A stretch of 64,000 bases of DNA from positions 19,282,001-19,346,000 of the forward strand of contig CM060732.1 in the NCBI GenBank assembly GCA_030704615.1, in the 5' to 3' direction. Source of the stretch: Takakia lepidozioides. Its lineage: Eukaryota > Plantae > Bryophyta. Under the pieces are notes generated by a model. The model was given only the letters and a program-made list of their open reading frames with translations. It searched no databases and was not told where the DNA came from. A program made the position numbers and the translations under genes. Positions within the stretch are counted from its first letter, which is position 1. Each line of letters starts with the position of its first letter. This document shows, in pieces, positions 13,681 to 26,119 of this stretch.

Positions 13681-16600
13681 CAAAGCAGCATTCACCAGCA
13701 CACTCACCACAATGCTTACAAGCTATGGCGAACAACACCAAATTCTCAGTGACCCCCAAGAAGGATTCCGAGCTACGTGTAGTACAACAAGACAAATGCA
13801 ATATGTTCTATCCGCCCTCAAAGACGCTAAACTTACAAAGCAAGACATATATCTCTTATATATCGACTTTAAAAATGCCTTCGGCTCCTTAGATCATGCT
13901 AGGTTACTCGCCATCATGCTTGATCTTGGGTACCCCACTGATGCCGTCCAACTTATAGGAAACATCTACACAAACAATACCACTGAATACTTTGGTGCCT
14001 ACTATGGCTCCACCCCGCCTATCTCCATCCTCCGAGGAACCATCCAAGGAGACACCCTAAGTCCTTACCTATTCATAATCTTCCTAGAACCCCTATTCCG
14101 ATGGCTAGCATGTGGCAAACTTGGGTATCAATACAAAACCTCCTCAAGTGACATCTCAGCTGCAGCATATGCAGACGATCTCGCCATCCTGGCACACAAA
14201 CCACAACACCTAAACCGACAAGCTAACAAACTATTTAGATTCAATCTATGTCAGGCATGGAACTCAACTTACACAAATGCGCCATCACTAGCGCCACATA
14301 TCACAATCGGCTCACTAAAGCAGCCATAGCCTCACATTGCAAACTCTACGTACACTACCAAAACACACTTTTCCCCTTCCTGGGACCAGATGAGCCATAC
14401 ACCTACCTGGGTATCCAATTAGTACCCTCCCTCACTTGGCACATCCAAAAAAGACTCTATATAATCCAAACTCGCTACCAAAAGTCTGGCCCTGCTCAAA
14501 TCCCCAATTGCCATCCGTCCGAAACTATCAATTATTCAATCCGTACTACAAACACAAATTCAAGACTCATTTCATGCCGCACCCTTCTCCCTACCAGACA
14601 TCAAAAAACTTGATAAAAACATTATTCAATTTACAAAGCGCGTATGTGGTTTACCAACTAGTACCCCTAATGCCCTCACGCAACTCCCAACTGACAGCTA
14701 CGGAATCGGTTCTAGCCCATTAATCATATCATATGCTCGCACATTAGGCACACAATTAAAAGAAGCACTCAACGATCCTGGACGTCTCGGTATCATTTAT
14801 CAGGGCCTCCTCAAATACCTCGCATTAAAATACAATGGCCTTTACTCACTATCATCTTTGCACCCTCAGGCCTGCCTACACTCCCCTACTGCCCGCACAC
14901 TACTCATCCTACGCCAAATGAAAATTAGCATACAAACCGACCTGCCAGATTACCTTAACACCTCGTCACCCCTAGAACGCGCATGGCTCACAAGCCCTTT
15001 CTTATCATAATTCGACATCTCTCATCTGAAACAAAAGATCCCCATCCTCACCTATTTCAAAATCGATTGACGTTTGGGTTTTGACTCCTATTATGGCTTC
15101 AATGATGTATGCATCATTATTGTCATCATTGTGTGGAGAAGGTGGGGGGGACGCTGTGGTGAGTGGTTGGGAGTTGGTTGGGAGTGGGTGGGGGAGCCTT
15201 GCGTATTAGATGAGGGGTTGAATGGCATATGTAAGTTGTGGTCAGGTTCGGTATGTTGTGTGTTAGGTAGATGAGAGGGGGGGTCGGGTTCTGTGACTGC
15301 GGGGGTATTGGCTGGATATGCCATTTTAAGCGTGTGGTAGATGGAGGTAGTAGGGGTAGATCGGTACTGGGGGAGCAGGTCTTGAACCGTATGGGGATAG
15401 TAGAGACATGGGAGATCGCATTGGAGGGTGCAAGCTGCCGAGGGATGACAGAAGAGGGTTCGGAGATGGTACAAGTATCGAGTGGTTTTGGTCGTAGCTC
15501 GGGAGAATTTAAGAGCGCGCTTGGTTTTAAAAGTCGATGGCCGGGTGATAAGTTGGGTGAGGGCTTCGGTGCCACCTGTATTGACACATACTACCACTGT
15601 AAATGGGCTGGTTACTCCTCAGAAGACAACACATGGCAGATAAAAGATGACCTATTTGGCCCACATGACGATTGCGACCCCGAACACAATCTTGCCCTTC
15701 TCACCTCCTTCCATAAACATACTAACACGGACTACTTAACACACATTCACCAACAACACACCATCCCCGCCCAACCTACAGATAGTCGATACATTCACCA
15801 GCCAATTTGTGCCCCTAACGTACACATCTGCATAACTGAGTGTAACCCCGACAAAGATGTCAAGCATGACCAACCACTAATTCACATGGGCCCCTGCCTT
15901 TCCAATATTTACGCTCAACACGGCTGCTTCATTGGCCTCATTCCTAATAATAGATTAACATGGTTGTGGGAGAAGTATTCTGCTGCAAAAATCGAACCCA
16001 CAGCCGACCCTATCCACATCGCCCATACCCCCCCTTCTGGTTTATACACCCCGTCCTGGACCCCCCTGTACCCAGACCAGTCCGAAACCTTCTGACCACT
16101 CTGATCAGAGAAGCAAATAAACAAGTTGCAGCCACCATCAGCCACACCAAAGTACACATCCAAAAATGGACTCAATCAAATGTATTGCACCATAAACTCT
16201 CAAATCATTTATGGCTAACCAAAGCTATCACTGATGCACAAATCCGACAAACACTCAAATTCAGATACACCCAATACATGGGTCACCAGCGAAACACATC
16301 TTCTGGCCGCATATGTTTCCATCCCCACACTGCACATTGTGTTCAACCACTCACCAAGCTCGTGACACCTGGCCACATCTCCTCAGCCAATGTACGCACC
16401 CAATCATACATGGTCTTCATATCACGCGACACAACCAGACAGTCTGGCATCTCCATAAGCTCTTTTTAAACCATGCTGAAACCAAATGGTTCTCGTTCAT
16501 AAATGCTGGTACCTACCAAGGTCGGCCACCCAACCACACTGTGCTACCCTGGCTGCTACCATGCATATGTACCCGATCACCATGCTCATGCCCTACTAGG

Positions 16601-17138
16601 CTTTGCCCGGACATACTCCTTGTACAAGGCCTACCCATTAACACCCTACCCCCCCACCTCACCATCCCCACAATTCACCATTCATTTCATCGAATTCACA
16701 TTTTGCCACGATCGTTATCCCAATGACTCGATTTTAGAAAAACGTAAAAAATATGCCCTGCTTATCCTTGCAATCCGACGGTATGGCTGGAGAACTAGCC
16801 CATTAACCGTTATCACCGCCGATACTCGAGGCGGCATTCATAACGCCAGTATCAATGACATACATGATAACTTCAAAATTCCCACTCTTCCCATCCACAA
16901 ATGCTTCACAGCAATTCACCTCACGACACTCCGTTCACTCACAGCTATTATCACCAACAAACGCCAACTGGAATCCGGCACTTCAAACGCATCCTAGGTC
17001 CCCCAGGGTACCACAGACTCCCCTACTTTCTACCATAAGACACATTTCTTTTTATAGGGCCCACCCCCGAGAGGGGGCAATAGCCGCAAGGCGAATTGGC
17101 TCCTAGTTACGCCGGCTTCGGCCGGAGTCTTCTCTCTG
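13681..17138 (+). mobile_element. 5'-truncated RLE-type non-LTR retrotransposon (RandI/Dualen-like): RT, chromodomain, CCHC, PD-(D/E)xK endonuclease, structured 3' end
   Basis: QEGFR, YIDFKNAFGS, RGTIQGDTLSPYLF..FLEPLFRWL, YADDL; YYHCKWAGYSSEDNTW; CTLC..DTWPHLLSQC..RHN; PDILL...FIEFTFCHD..EKRKKY; stop at 16997. Frameshifted. Clade name rests on remembered RT similarity. Confidence 0.85.
17055..17130 (+). ncRNA. Structured cis-RNA at the LINE 3' end (three-way junction plus terminal hairpin)
   Basis: CCCCC-GAGA-GGGGG and GCC-GCAA-GGC enclosed by TAGGGCC/GGCTCCTA, then CCGGC-TTCG-GCCGG; GNRA and cUUCGg loops; covarying homologs elsewhere in the window. Confidence 0.75.
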
Positions 17139-18000
17139 GAATCGAGATGTTCTGGGATCTTTCAAGGCTCAGCTCCTTGTATGCAAAAGGTGTTGTATGG
17201 GGTTCAGTCAGACTTAGTGTCTGAAGCCCGGAAATCTTGGTTGGTGTTGTCTACAGCTCTTCTCAGGTGTGGGAGCAGGGGGAGAGCCCAGCTGCTTGCA
17301 ACCTTCGATAACTCTTGGGGTAAAGGAAATATCATCTGCAAACGGCTTTGAGATACACAAATTGAGTGGAACGACGCTTTCTCGCCATGCTGGAAGTGTT
17401 GTTAGTGCCAAGCGCTCTCCAAATGATGTAGATGAGGCAAAGGTGAACCGGCGTCATCGGCGTAGCCTTAGAAAAGGCAAGTCCAAGGCTCAACTGTCTT
17501 TCGATCAGCCCTGGACTTGTTGTGACTGCCCTAACGCCATAGAAGGGAAACCTATGCAAGCACCAAGTGAAGGTGTACATGTTGCGGCCACATGTACCAG
17601 AGGGTTTAATTGTCCGAACTTGTGGAACACGACTTGGGACACTCAATGGGGGCATGGCCAAGCTGCTCGACCTTGATCCCATGTCCGCTGCGGAGCCCCT
17701 GTGTGACACAGATCCCATGTGTCGCATTGATCCCCCTGTCTTGGGCGAGCAGCAGCCCCGCCATGAATCGGAGGCAATGTAGTGCAGCTTATTGTAGGCT
17801 GGCTCCCCTTATCTTAATCAGTCCAATCGCTTGGTCTCTTCAGATCGGCTTCTTCTTCTCCCTCTTTCTAATCTGAACAGTTGATCCGGAGCGGTGTCTT
17901 GTTTGTCAACCTTCATGGCTTTTGTAAGGTTATTTTTTCCTTACCCTCCTTTATTAATAAAATTTTCAGGTCCACTGTCCCTGTTGTCTAAAAAAGAAAA
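17139..18000 (+). mobile_element. Probable 3' part and A-rich tail of the L1 that starts at 12541
   Basis: Ends AATAAAA...CTGTCCC...AAAAAAGAAAA, resembling the 3' end of the L1 at 55730-55800 (minus). Confidence 0.5.
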
Positions 18001-18019
18001 GGAAAACGAAGAGCAACTG

Positions 18020-18332
18020 GAAACCTTAATTGAACTCCATGTTCTCGATACATTTCACATGAACAAGCCTTGCTATAAGGTTAAGTACCACTTGGCCTCA
18101 GTGTGTTTCCTTTAAAAAAATAAAAAAACAGTAAACAGAACCTTAATCGAAGTACATGTTTCCAACAAACTTCATGGGAACAACCCCTAGGTAATATAAG
18201 GTCAAGTACAACTTAGCCTGGGGGGTGGGTCCCTTTTAAAAATTGAAAAAAAACAGTAAACGGGAACCTTAATCGAAGTACATGTTCCCAATAAATTTCA
18301 TGGCAACAACCCATGATAGAAGGTGAAGTACT
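18020..18332 (+). repeat. Three diverged tandem copies of a roughly 120-bp unit
   Basis: AACCTTAAT(C/T)GAA...CATGTT...AAGGT..AAGTAC recurs at about 18022, 18139 and 18265. Confidence 0.75.
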
Positions 18333-19794
18333 TACTTATTAGTCGTACCCTGCAGAAGGACCTGCAGAAGGATAGGGCCACCAAAATGATGGCAGATGCT
18401 GACAACTGTTTCTGACCTCCTTGATGACTGGGGCCTTTTATCCACCACAATGACCAGGATCTGGGGAAAACTTATTTTCTTACCATTCAAGGCAGGCATT
18501 GAAAGATCAGCAGAGCGATAGGATGCTCAACTTCCCCAGAAACCTTGATGCTTGTTAGGGCTATAACTAAATAGGTTGCAACCGAGCTGGAACAGCGGCT
18601 GCGATCCTTGCTTTCAAGTACGTTTATTAGTCAGCCTCAGCTGCATGGAAAGGGCAACCTTGTCCAGATTCTGAAAGGCTGACACAGCCCTGCCCCATCA
18701 TGGCAGCCTTTGACTACCTCCTCATCGCCTGCACCCTAGAGTTCCTTGTCTCGGTGGAGCTTTCGGCACCAATAACACGTAGAGACGTTGGTTTTCGCAC
18801 ACTGGACTCTGAAGCAGCTGTATACTGTATACCTAGCTACTCCAGGTGGGGCTCGGGCCCCCCGGTGGGTGTAGGTACCCGCACAGACACCTGCACACGG
18901 CTCTTCATTATTCTCCACACAAAACACCCCACTGTACAAACGTCCGCACTTTACAGACCATCCGACACACCTCTCTCCACTAGAACCTGGAATTCTGACA
19001 CCAGCTCCTCACTCTCTCATCCCTGTTGCACAGGTCCAGATTCAGCTTCCTCAGCTGCTAAAACCTTCTGGAGAGAGAGTGTCGAAATCTCACTCGACAC
19101 ATCCTACCTCCTCATCCCTCTGCCTAAATTAATATGCTCCCAAAGTCCTTGGAAAACAAAAATCCACTAAAGGAGAGTGGACATCTAAAGGCTGTGGGTA
19201 GCTGCTCACGATGGATCCGCCCAGCAAGCGAGAGGAACAGGCAGGACGACGCGGCGCTTCAAGAGCGTGGGCCCACGCCCCATCCCTCCGCGATCCGCAA
19301 TCTCGCAGCACCAAAGACGGCGCCCTCTCCTTGCGTCCGCTGGTCGCCCACTCGTTCCTCTTCGCCATCTTTCCAACGATCTTCAAAACATCGGGAAATT
19401 TAAAAAAAAAACAAAGATTTTGGGGTTTGCGTAGCCTGCATTGGACAAAGTCAAACTTGGGTTGCGATGGTGGACACTGCCCCACGTCGACACTATCTAG
19501 TCGTCATTATGACTAACTCAGTTGTCAGGGACAGTCGAGGTGACGGGTCACCTTGACTGCGACTGTGCTGACCTGTCATATTTGAAATCGAAATAAAAAA
19601 TGACGATATATTGTCGCTGCGCGGGTGGGTGCTGGGTCGACTTGAGGTCAGCGGCCGGTGGACGTGGGCATGGACTCCGTGAGGGGGACGAGGGCCTTGC
19701 CCTGCAGCTGCGGGTATAAGAGCCAGATTCGGCGAGCAAGCTTGGCAGACAAAGAGAGAGTGCAAGCTTTTCCTCGCTGTGAGATTTGTGAGAG

Positions 19795-21142
19795 ATGGGT
19801 GCCGGCCAGTGTGTTAGGGTGGGCAGGACGGTGTTGAACGTGATGATAGCGGTATGGTTGATGGTGGAGATGGTAGATGCTGCTCGCTCAGGTTTGAGCT
19901 CTGGAGAGAGAGAGAGAGAGAATTTGGAAGTTGTAGAGACCCTTCTTGTTGTATCGTTGTGGGACTGGAGTTATCGAGGTTCTGGGGATGCTGGAACGAG
20001 GCTGGAATTCATGCTTATTTTGCCAGTTTAGCATAGATGTGTGGAGAGTTACATTTTACGTTTGTCACAAGTATTCACATGTGATGTAATTTCGTTGTCA
20101 TTTGAATGTAGTCCATGAACCCAGTCATATTTTTCTAGAACCCGGGGAAAGATGAAAGTAAGATACCGTTGTGTACATGGAAAACCTTTCGACCAATCTG
20201 GGAAAGCTTGCAAACCCACGCAACCTCTAGAGAGCAATCTGTTCGAGCCTGCTGTATCAGGCTGTAGAGGCTGCTGGGACCCTTCCGGAGCATATTGGCA
20301 GCGAATTGAATTTCAGCATGACAAAGCTCCTGCCAGCCATATGGACACAAGTACTTGAAGATCAGATTTTAGCTCTAACATACACAAGAAAACCTCTGCA
20401 CGTTGTCACCGAGTCTCCCATGGTGGGCGTGAGCTGAGATAACGTGTTTTCTTTTGACAGCAGTTCGCATGGATACCAAGGGATCGAACATTAAGGTGGT
20501 CCAGGCACAGAAAACAATCACCGGCCCGTTGCGGTACGCTGGGATGGTAGATTTGCATGACATGCCCGGTATTCAAAAGGTACAATTTATATTTCAAAAA
20601 TAATTATGTTCTTGAGGGCCTGCCAATAGTTACTGACCTCCTGCCCTGATCATGAATCCGTCTAATTAGATGTGAACAGACCTCTACAATAGTCCTGCAG
20701 CCTGTCTACTGGATTACGTTTGCATCCATGATTAACCATCATCCTGCATCATTCTCCGAGGTCTCTGGATGTTCTTCCCGAGTAAAGGTAAGAGGTGTCC
20801 AACAATTAAATTATGGTCACCAGCATGGACTCACCAGCATTGTGCACGCATCAATTTACACTCGTGTTCTAATCACTGTAAGACCAAACACCAACTCACG
20901 ACCCCGGACTAAATCAACTGATTCTTGACATTGTGCACCCGTAGGTGAATCTGCAAACCACCATGGCCAGGAGTCCGAGTGCAAGCCCTACTATCGTCGA
21001 GACAAAGTCCACATGGAATTCAGGGGTCCAACATGCCGGAAATGTGGAGGAAGAAATACTTGAGGGGAGGTCTCTTCGATTCAGTGACTACAATGAACCA
21101 AAGCATCACCCCCCGCAAGAGCCCCCCAAGCTGACGGACTAA
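19795..21142 (+). CDS. Secreted tyrosine-sulfated peptide precursor, RGF/GLV/CLEL-like (exons 19795-19891, 20461-20579, 20945-21142; 137 aa)
   Basis: Hydrophobic N-terminus; GT-AG introns in matching phases 1 and 0; near-terminal DYNEPKHHPPQEP versus RGF1 DYSNPGHHPPRHN. Confidence 0.72.
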
Positions 21143-23739
21143 CACGTCCCTGGAGTTTGAACCTGGACGTGGTGGGATTAGCTCTATATCTATCTTTTGG
21201 AGATGGTGGGAGAGTGATCTGGTGGCATAGATTAATAGAAATGACAGACAGTGCAATATAAATGAGAAGATGATGACGGATAGAAAGATAGATGCGCGGT
21301 GAGGTGGATGGGAGGACTGGACAGTTTCCAGTACAGTGCGTAGTGCAGTTTGGTAGAGATAGGATCTGTACAAAGCTTTGCTAGAAGTAGGGTATGTACA
21401 AATCTCTGCATTGAAGTGTTTCAAATGTTCTACTTGTGAATTACAGTGGACGGACGGAATATGAGAAGAGGATTGTAATACGGACCCTTGAAATGTAACC
21501 TTCCTCTAGATTTTTGTACATCTTGTCTGATCTGAAATCTCGACACTGCCTGACCTAGTGATCACATCTTTGATCTCTCTGTGTGTACATCAGTTAGCAC
21601 ACTTCAGCATAATTCGGAAATGGTGACCTGATCTGTATGTTCGACGGGAAGATTTGAATCAATGGACCTCCACGTCAAAAGCTAGTGTACATAACAGAAC
21701 TTGAACTAGCGGTTGTGACGGAGGTATTCTTGAATAGGACAGTCCTAACATCGACCCTGAAGTCAACGTCCCCAAGGTTATCAATGGTGCCTCCAACCTT
21801 GGCATGTGGGGTTTCTTCTCAATGGTTGCAACCCGGCGGTAGGTCTACATAAGGTCGGCATGTTTTTGTTTCCCTGTACATAGACCTAGTTACCCCTAGT
21901 TACATCTTATGGACCTGTTTTGTAGAACTCTGGGGCGGTAACGGAACTTGTGGACAGGTTTTCTGCACAATCACAGAACATGTATGCACACCTGAGGACT
22001 TGATAAGTTTCTCTCGTCCATGGCCCAGTAGTCCGTGATCGAAGATTTTCCACCAGTGCGCCTGTGCGTGCATTCTAGTTATCTAGTATAAGCTCATCGA
22101 GAGGTTTTATATCAGTTTAACACTCTTTTTTCTTGGCTGTATAACACAAACGCGGTGATCCAATATATAGAATGTATGCATTCAAGCTAGAGGTCAAGTT
22201 CATGTATGTGTAGTAGAGATCATGTGCAATTGGTTTTCACCATGATACATTATACATGTCAACTGTCAATGAGACAGTTCGAGCGGAAGCCGAGAATGAG
22301 CGGGAGCCATCTGTGGTTACTGCCAGGCTCCTCATGGTGAGCACTGAACCTAGGATTTGGAAGCCTTGCAGGCATGAATGAAAAACCTTGAGCATCCTTC
22401 GTTCAATGTATACAAAAGGCTTGAAAAGAATGAACAGTGCAACGTACCTAGAGAATCCGGGGGGTTGGTCAACCGAGAAGTACACATCCTACGATTACAC
22501 GGCTTTAAGTGAATGCGAGCTGGTCTACAAGTAGCTAGCTCTTTCTGCATGTAGAGCATGATCCAGTTCATGCTCGATAGTAATCTGCCACATTCAACTT
22601 CGAACTAGCTCGTTTACAAGATGAGGTTGACCGTGTACTAGTAAGTACTACACTCACGCCCAACTCCGCACATACGTGAATCTGCTCGGACTACGATGAC
22701 CCTTGTCGGGGTATGTGCAGCACATAGAGCTGGATTTCTTCCCCTGTAAACTCGAGTGTCTTCTTCCCTCTTTTTCTCTTCCCCTCCTCTCTGATATATT
22801 ATGTATACAATTACATGTAGACTGTACAGTCCAAATTTGTAGCCCCTAATCACTCCAGAGTTTTTCCTCCCTCTCTCTCTTCTGCATCGTTCACGAGATT
22901 TGTCTAGGTAGCTAAGTAGTACAGTGCGTGCCGACAACTTATCTGTAGACAGTCCCTCACGTGTCTAAGGTCTTCCCAGAGAGCATGGGTAGCATGCCCA
23001 GGCCCCAGACAAAGTATGTCCACGTAGCTCACTCTTCCTCAGTACCTGCGGAATGATTGCTCATGCAGGACAAGCTGGATCTGTGTACATACGTGAGAGT
23101 CTCCGCCTGCACTCGCTGCCCTCGAGAAAGCTGGCAGGCCATGGTGATGCATTAAAGTTGTGATGAGCTTGTATAAGTTAAGCTTGTATACTGGATAGGG
23201 CCAAATTCTAGAAACTGAGGAACTTTGAAAGATCACAGGCACTTTTATGTCAACCCTTAGTTGCCCAAGCCCCTTTTCAAAAAAATGGTAAATAAACCTT
23301 GATCACTGGTAGGAAAGGGCCATATCAAGTAGTAAAGCACCCAACAACCATGGAAATTGACCGCTAAAACGTCAGCTAGCTGGATGGGCGGCCCTACAAA
23401 ATCACTTGCAAATTTGCTACATGCTAAAGACAGACTGAAGTCCAACATCCAGTAGGTGGGCTATGAGAATTTTGTTGGCTGAAATCCAATGGGTTATGAG
23501 TTCTGAGCCTCTGTAACAATTCCCCTCCAATTCCCTCCCCACACACACAGAGGTGATTAGAGGGGGACCCACTCAATCAGTTGGCTACACAGAGGAAATC
23601 AATGTTGGGCCCGCCTTGTGATGGACCCGCCATCCATGTCCACCCCTTGCTTGTCTAACCACTAGGGTTAAGCTTAACTCCAAATTTTCAATATAATAGA
23701 GAACAAAATATTGTATTAAGGTACCAAATTGATCAGACA

Positions 23740-24245
23740 TCGCTTACCCTAGATAACCACGGTTAAAAACCACAGCCATTTAGGAATTTCGATAAAATTG
23801 GTGAATTTTTTCCCTAATCTACTAAGGTTGCATACACTATTCATGCTCACAAAAATGGTGTAAGATTCCAATTCCCGCGGCCAAATGCCATGAAATTTTA
23901 GTACAATGTAGGGGACATCAATATATGAATCAAGACTTTTGTTTTGTTTGTTTTGTAGAGTCATTGAGATCTCCCAAATTGCGGGCCAGCGCGGGTGCTT
24001 GGTGCCATTGGAAAGCCCTCGAGGAGGAGGGGTGCACCGGCTTGGTCTCATGATTTTTGGACCGTGGGAGATATGGAATTTCAAGTGCTCTGGGTCACTG
24101 GAAATTCAAAAAAACTAGCAAAGTGGGCTTTCCTGGAGCTATGATTGGCCCATCATGTGGCAGATTTGGAATTTCAAGTGCTTTTGGTCGCTGGAAATTC
24201 ACGAAAAATAGTAAAAATAGCAAAGTGGGCATTCCCGGGACAATT
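23740..24245. repeat. Non-autonomous interspersed repeat with an internal duplication
   Basis: GGAATTTCAAGTGCT...CTGGAAATTCA...TAGCAAAGTGGGC occurs twice; TTGGAAAGCCCTCGA...GGGGTGCACCGGCTTGG resembles repeats I recall from moss genomes. Confidence 0.45.
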
Positions 24246-24264
24246 GTTGGAGCAAATGGCGAGA

Positions 24265-24330
24265 GCGAAGTTGCCCCCTCCCGATTTTAGGGGCTTCATG
24301 GTTGACAATGCCCAGGCGAACTGGACTCGA
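24265..24330 (+). mobile_element. Tiny MULE-type transposase fragment
   Basis: PDFRGFMVDNAQANW resembles the F(M)xD core of MULE/SWIM transposases. Confidence 0.45.
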
Positions 24331-24753
24331 CGGGAGAGATATCAAGGGAAAGGTCTCCGGTCCAAATCTGGCCGTGGGTTCTCTGGAAAAGAAATGCATT
24401 TGGACTTAAATGACATTGGACACTTGGGCCAACGGCATAGGCTACCCTAGAGACGGATACATAGAAGATTGCACTTGGTAGAAGATTGCACTTGGGCTTA
24501 AATTAATGGCCTCGACATAGGAGACGCACTTGCCTACATAGGAAATTGCACTTGGTCTTAGATTTCACACATAAGCCAAAGGTGTAGGCTACACTCGAGG
24601 TCGCACTTGGGCCTCAACACAGGAGACGCACTTACATATGAAATTGTACTTGGTCCTAGATTTCAATTCTTCACACACATGGGCCAAAGGCACATGCTAC
24701 CCTAGAGGTTGCACTTGGGCCTCGACATAGAGGACGCACTAGGATACATAGAA

Positions 24754-25748
24754 AGTATGACGCCTCTCGAAGGGAGCGTAACTTATGGTGTTTCTTCACA
24801 ACAAGGGCTACTGCCTTCCAGCTGAAAGGTGGACACCAGTGTTGGGCGGTTCTTGCATTTGTGAAGGAACCTTCGGTTCCGGTTCCACAATTATTTCAAG
24901 AGACGGTTCCGGATCCGGTTCTGGTTTTTTTTTATTGAGCCGGTTCTGGTCCAGTTCCGGATCCAACTTTTAAACATGGGGGCGGTTCCGGTTACCGGTT
25001 AGTTGCTAATAAAAACCATCGGTTCCGGTTAGGTTCCGGTTCTATTTTTTAAATATATTTGTTTAATTTAATTAGATTTAAAATATTTTATCAGTCCGGT
25101 AGATTAAATAGCAGTGTATTCACATATTTGAACTAAAATCCAACGATTTTGTTAGTTTTCACTAACACAAAAAAACAAACAAAAATACCCTAAATAAACT
25201 GGTAGATGAAAATGGGTAAAATTTTATGGGTTGAAAGTACTATTCAGCTACCTGGCAAATATTGGCATCTTCAAACATTTTACTAATGAACTTAGCCAGG
25301 ATATCATGGAGCTGGAGATTGAACCCAAGATCTCATGGCGCTGAAGCATTGAACATAGAATCTCATGGCCTTCAAGCATTGAACCCAGGATCTCAGGAGC
25401 TTGAGAGCATTAAATAAGTTTTTCCCTGGGCCACCAACCCCACCAAGGGGTCAAGAACCGGAACCTGTTTTTATCCCCCGCCCCGGTTCTCCGGTTCTCA
25501 CACCCAGCAGGAACCGTCGGTTCGGTTCTGCGCCGATCCCGATTGGCGGGTTCCGGTTCCGGGTCAGGTTCTGTAGGAATGGCCCGGTTCCGGTTAACCT
25601 GAACCTGAACCGGCGGTTAACCTGGGTCCCGGCGGGTAACCGCCCAACACTGGTGGACACTTTCATGACACACCAGACCGTGGTTTGAACCCACAACCAC
25701 ATCCAACGTGGTATATGCCCATTATCACTAGGCTACATGCTGGTTGTT
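24754..25748 (-). mobile_element. tRNA-derived SINE family A, interrupted by a hAT MITE
   Basis: Removing 24837-25660 restores a copy homologous to 38876-39057; TSD GATACATAGAA at 24743-24753 and 25749-25759. Confidence 0.85.
24837..25652. mobile_element. hAT-type MITE
   Basis: 15-bp TIR CAGTGTTGGGCGGTT/AACCGCCCAACACTG; 8-bp TSD GTGGACAC; many CCGGTT subterminal motifs. Confidence 0.93.
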
Positions 25749-26119
25749 GATACATAGAAGATCTTACACTTGGGCTTAGATGACTCTGGACACTTGGGCC
25801 AACGGCACAAACTACCCTAGGTCTAGATCTCCCAAGCAGAAGGGATTGCACTTGGACTTAGATGACACTGGACACTTGGCCAACGGCACAGGCTACCCTA
25901 GTAGTTAATAACATGATAAAACAGTGAACTTTTGTAGATCATTCTCAACAAAGTTTTAGTTATAAATAAAAATGTGGTAGATCGAGGTTCAGATTTTGTA
26001 GATTTTTGTGAAAAAAACTTGTTGTGCACATAAGCATCGTGCATAGCACACAATCGTAAAAAATAACGTCACAATACGAACTGTAGTTGGACAGCGATGT
26101 AAGTCGTAGCACAATGCTT

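Larger units (their letters stand above)
24395..25902 (+). repeat. Degenerate GCACTTGG-containing tandem array split by a SINE and a MITE
   Basis: (G)CACTTGG(G)C/T units at 24395-24750 resume at 25760-25902. Confidence 0.7.

Noticed and set aside
15271-16095. 274-aa ORF as a real protein
   Set aside because: Its first third is antisense sequence created by the inversion; only the part after about 15565 is genuine
19129-19516. Divergent gene upstream of the peptide gene
   Set aside because: GC-rich overlapping ORFs with no recognisable domain or coherent splice model
20139-20350. Extra exon of the peptide gene
   Set aside because: Splicing from the phase-1 donor gives a stop within six codons
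22105-22125. U2 snRNA-like TATCAGTTTAA
   Set aside because: Only about 11 nt match and the rest of U2 is absent
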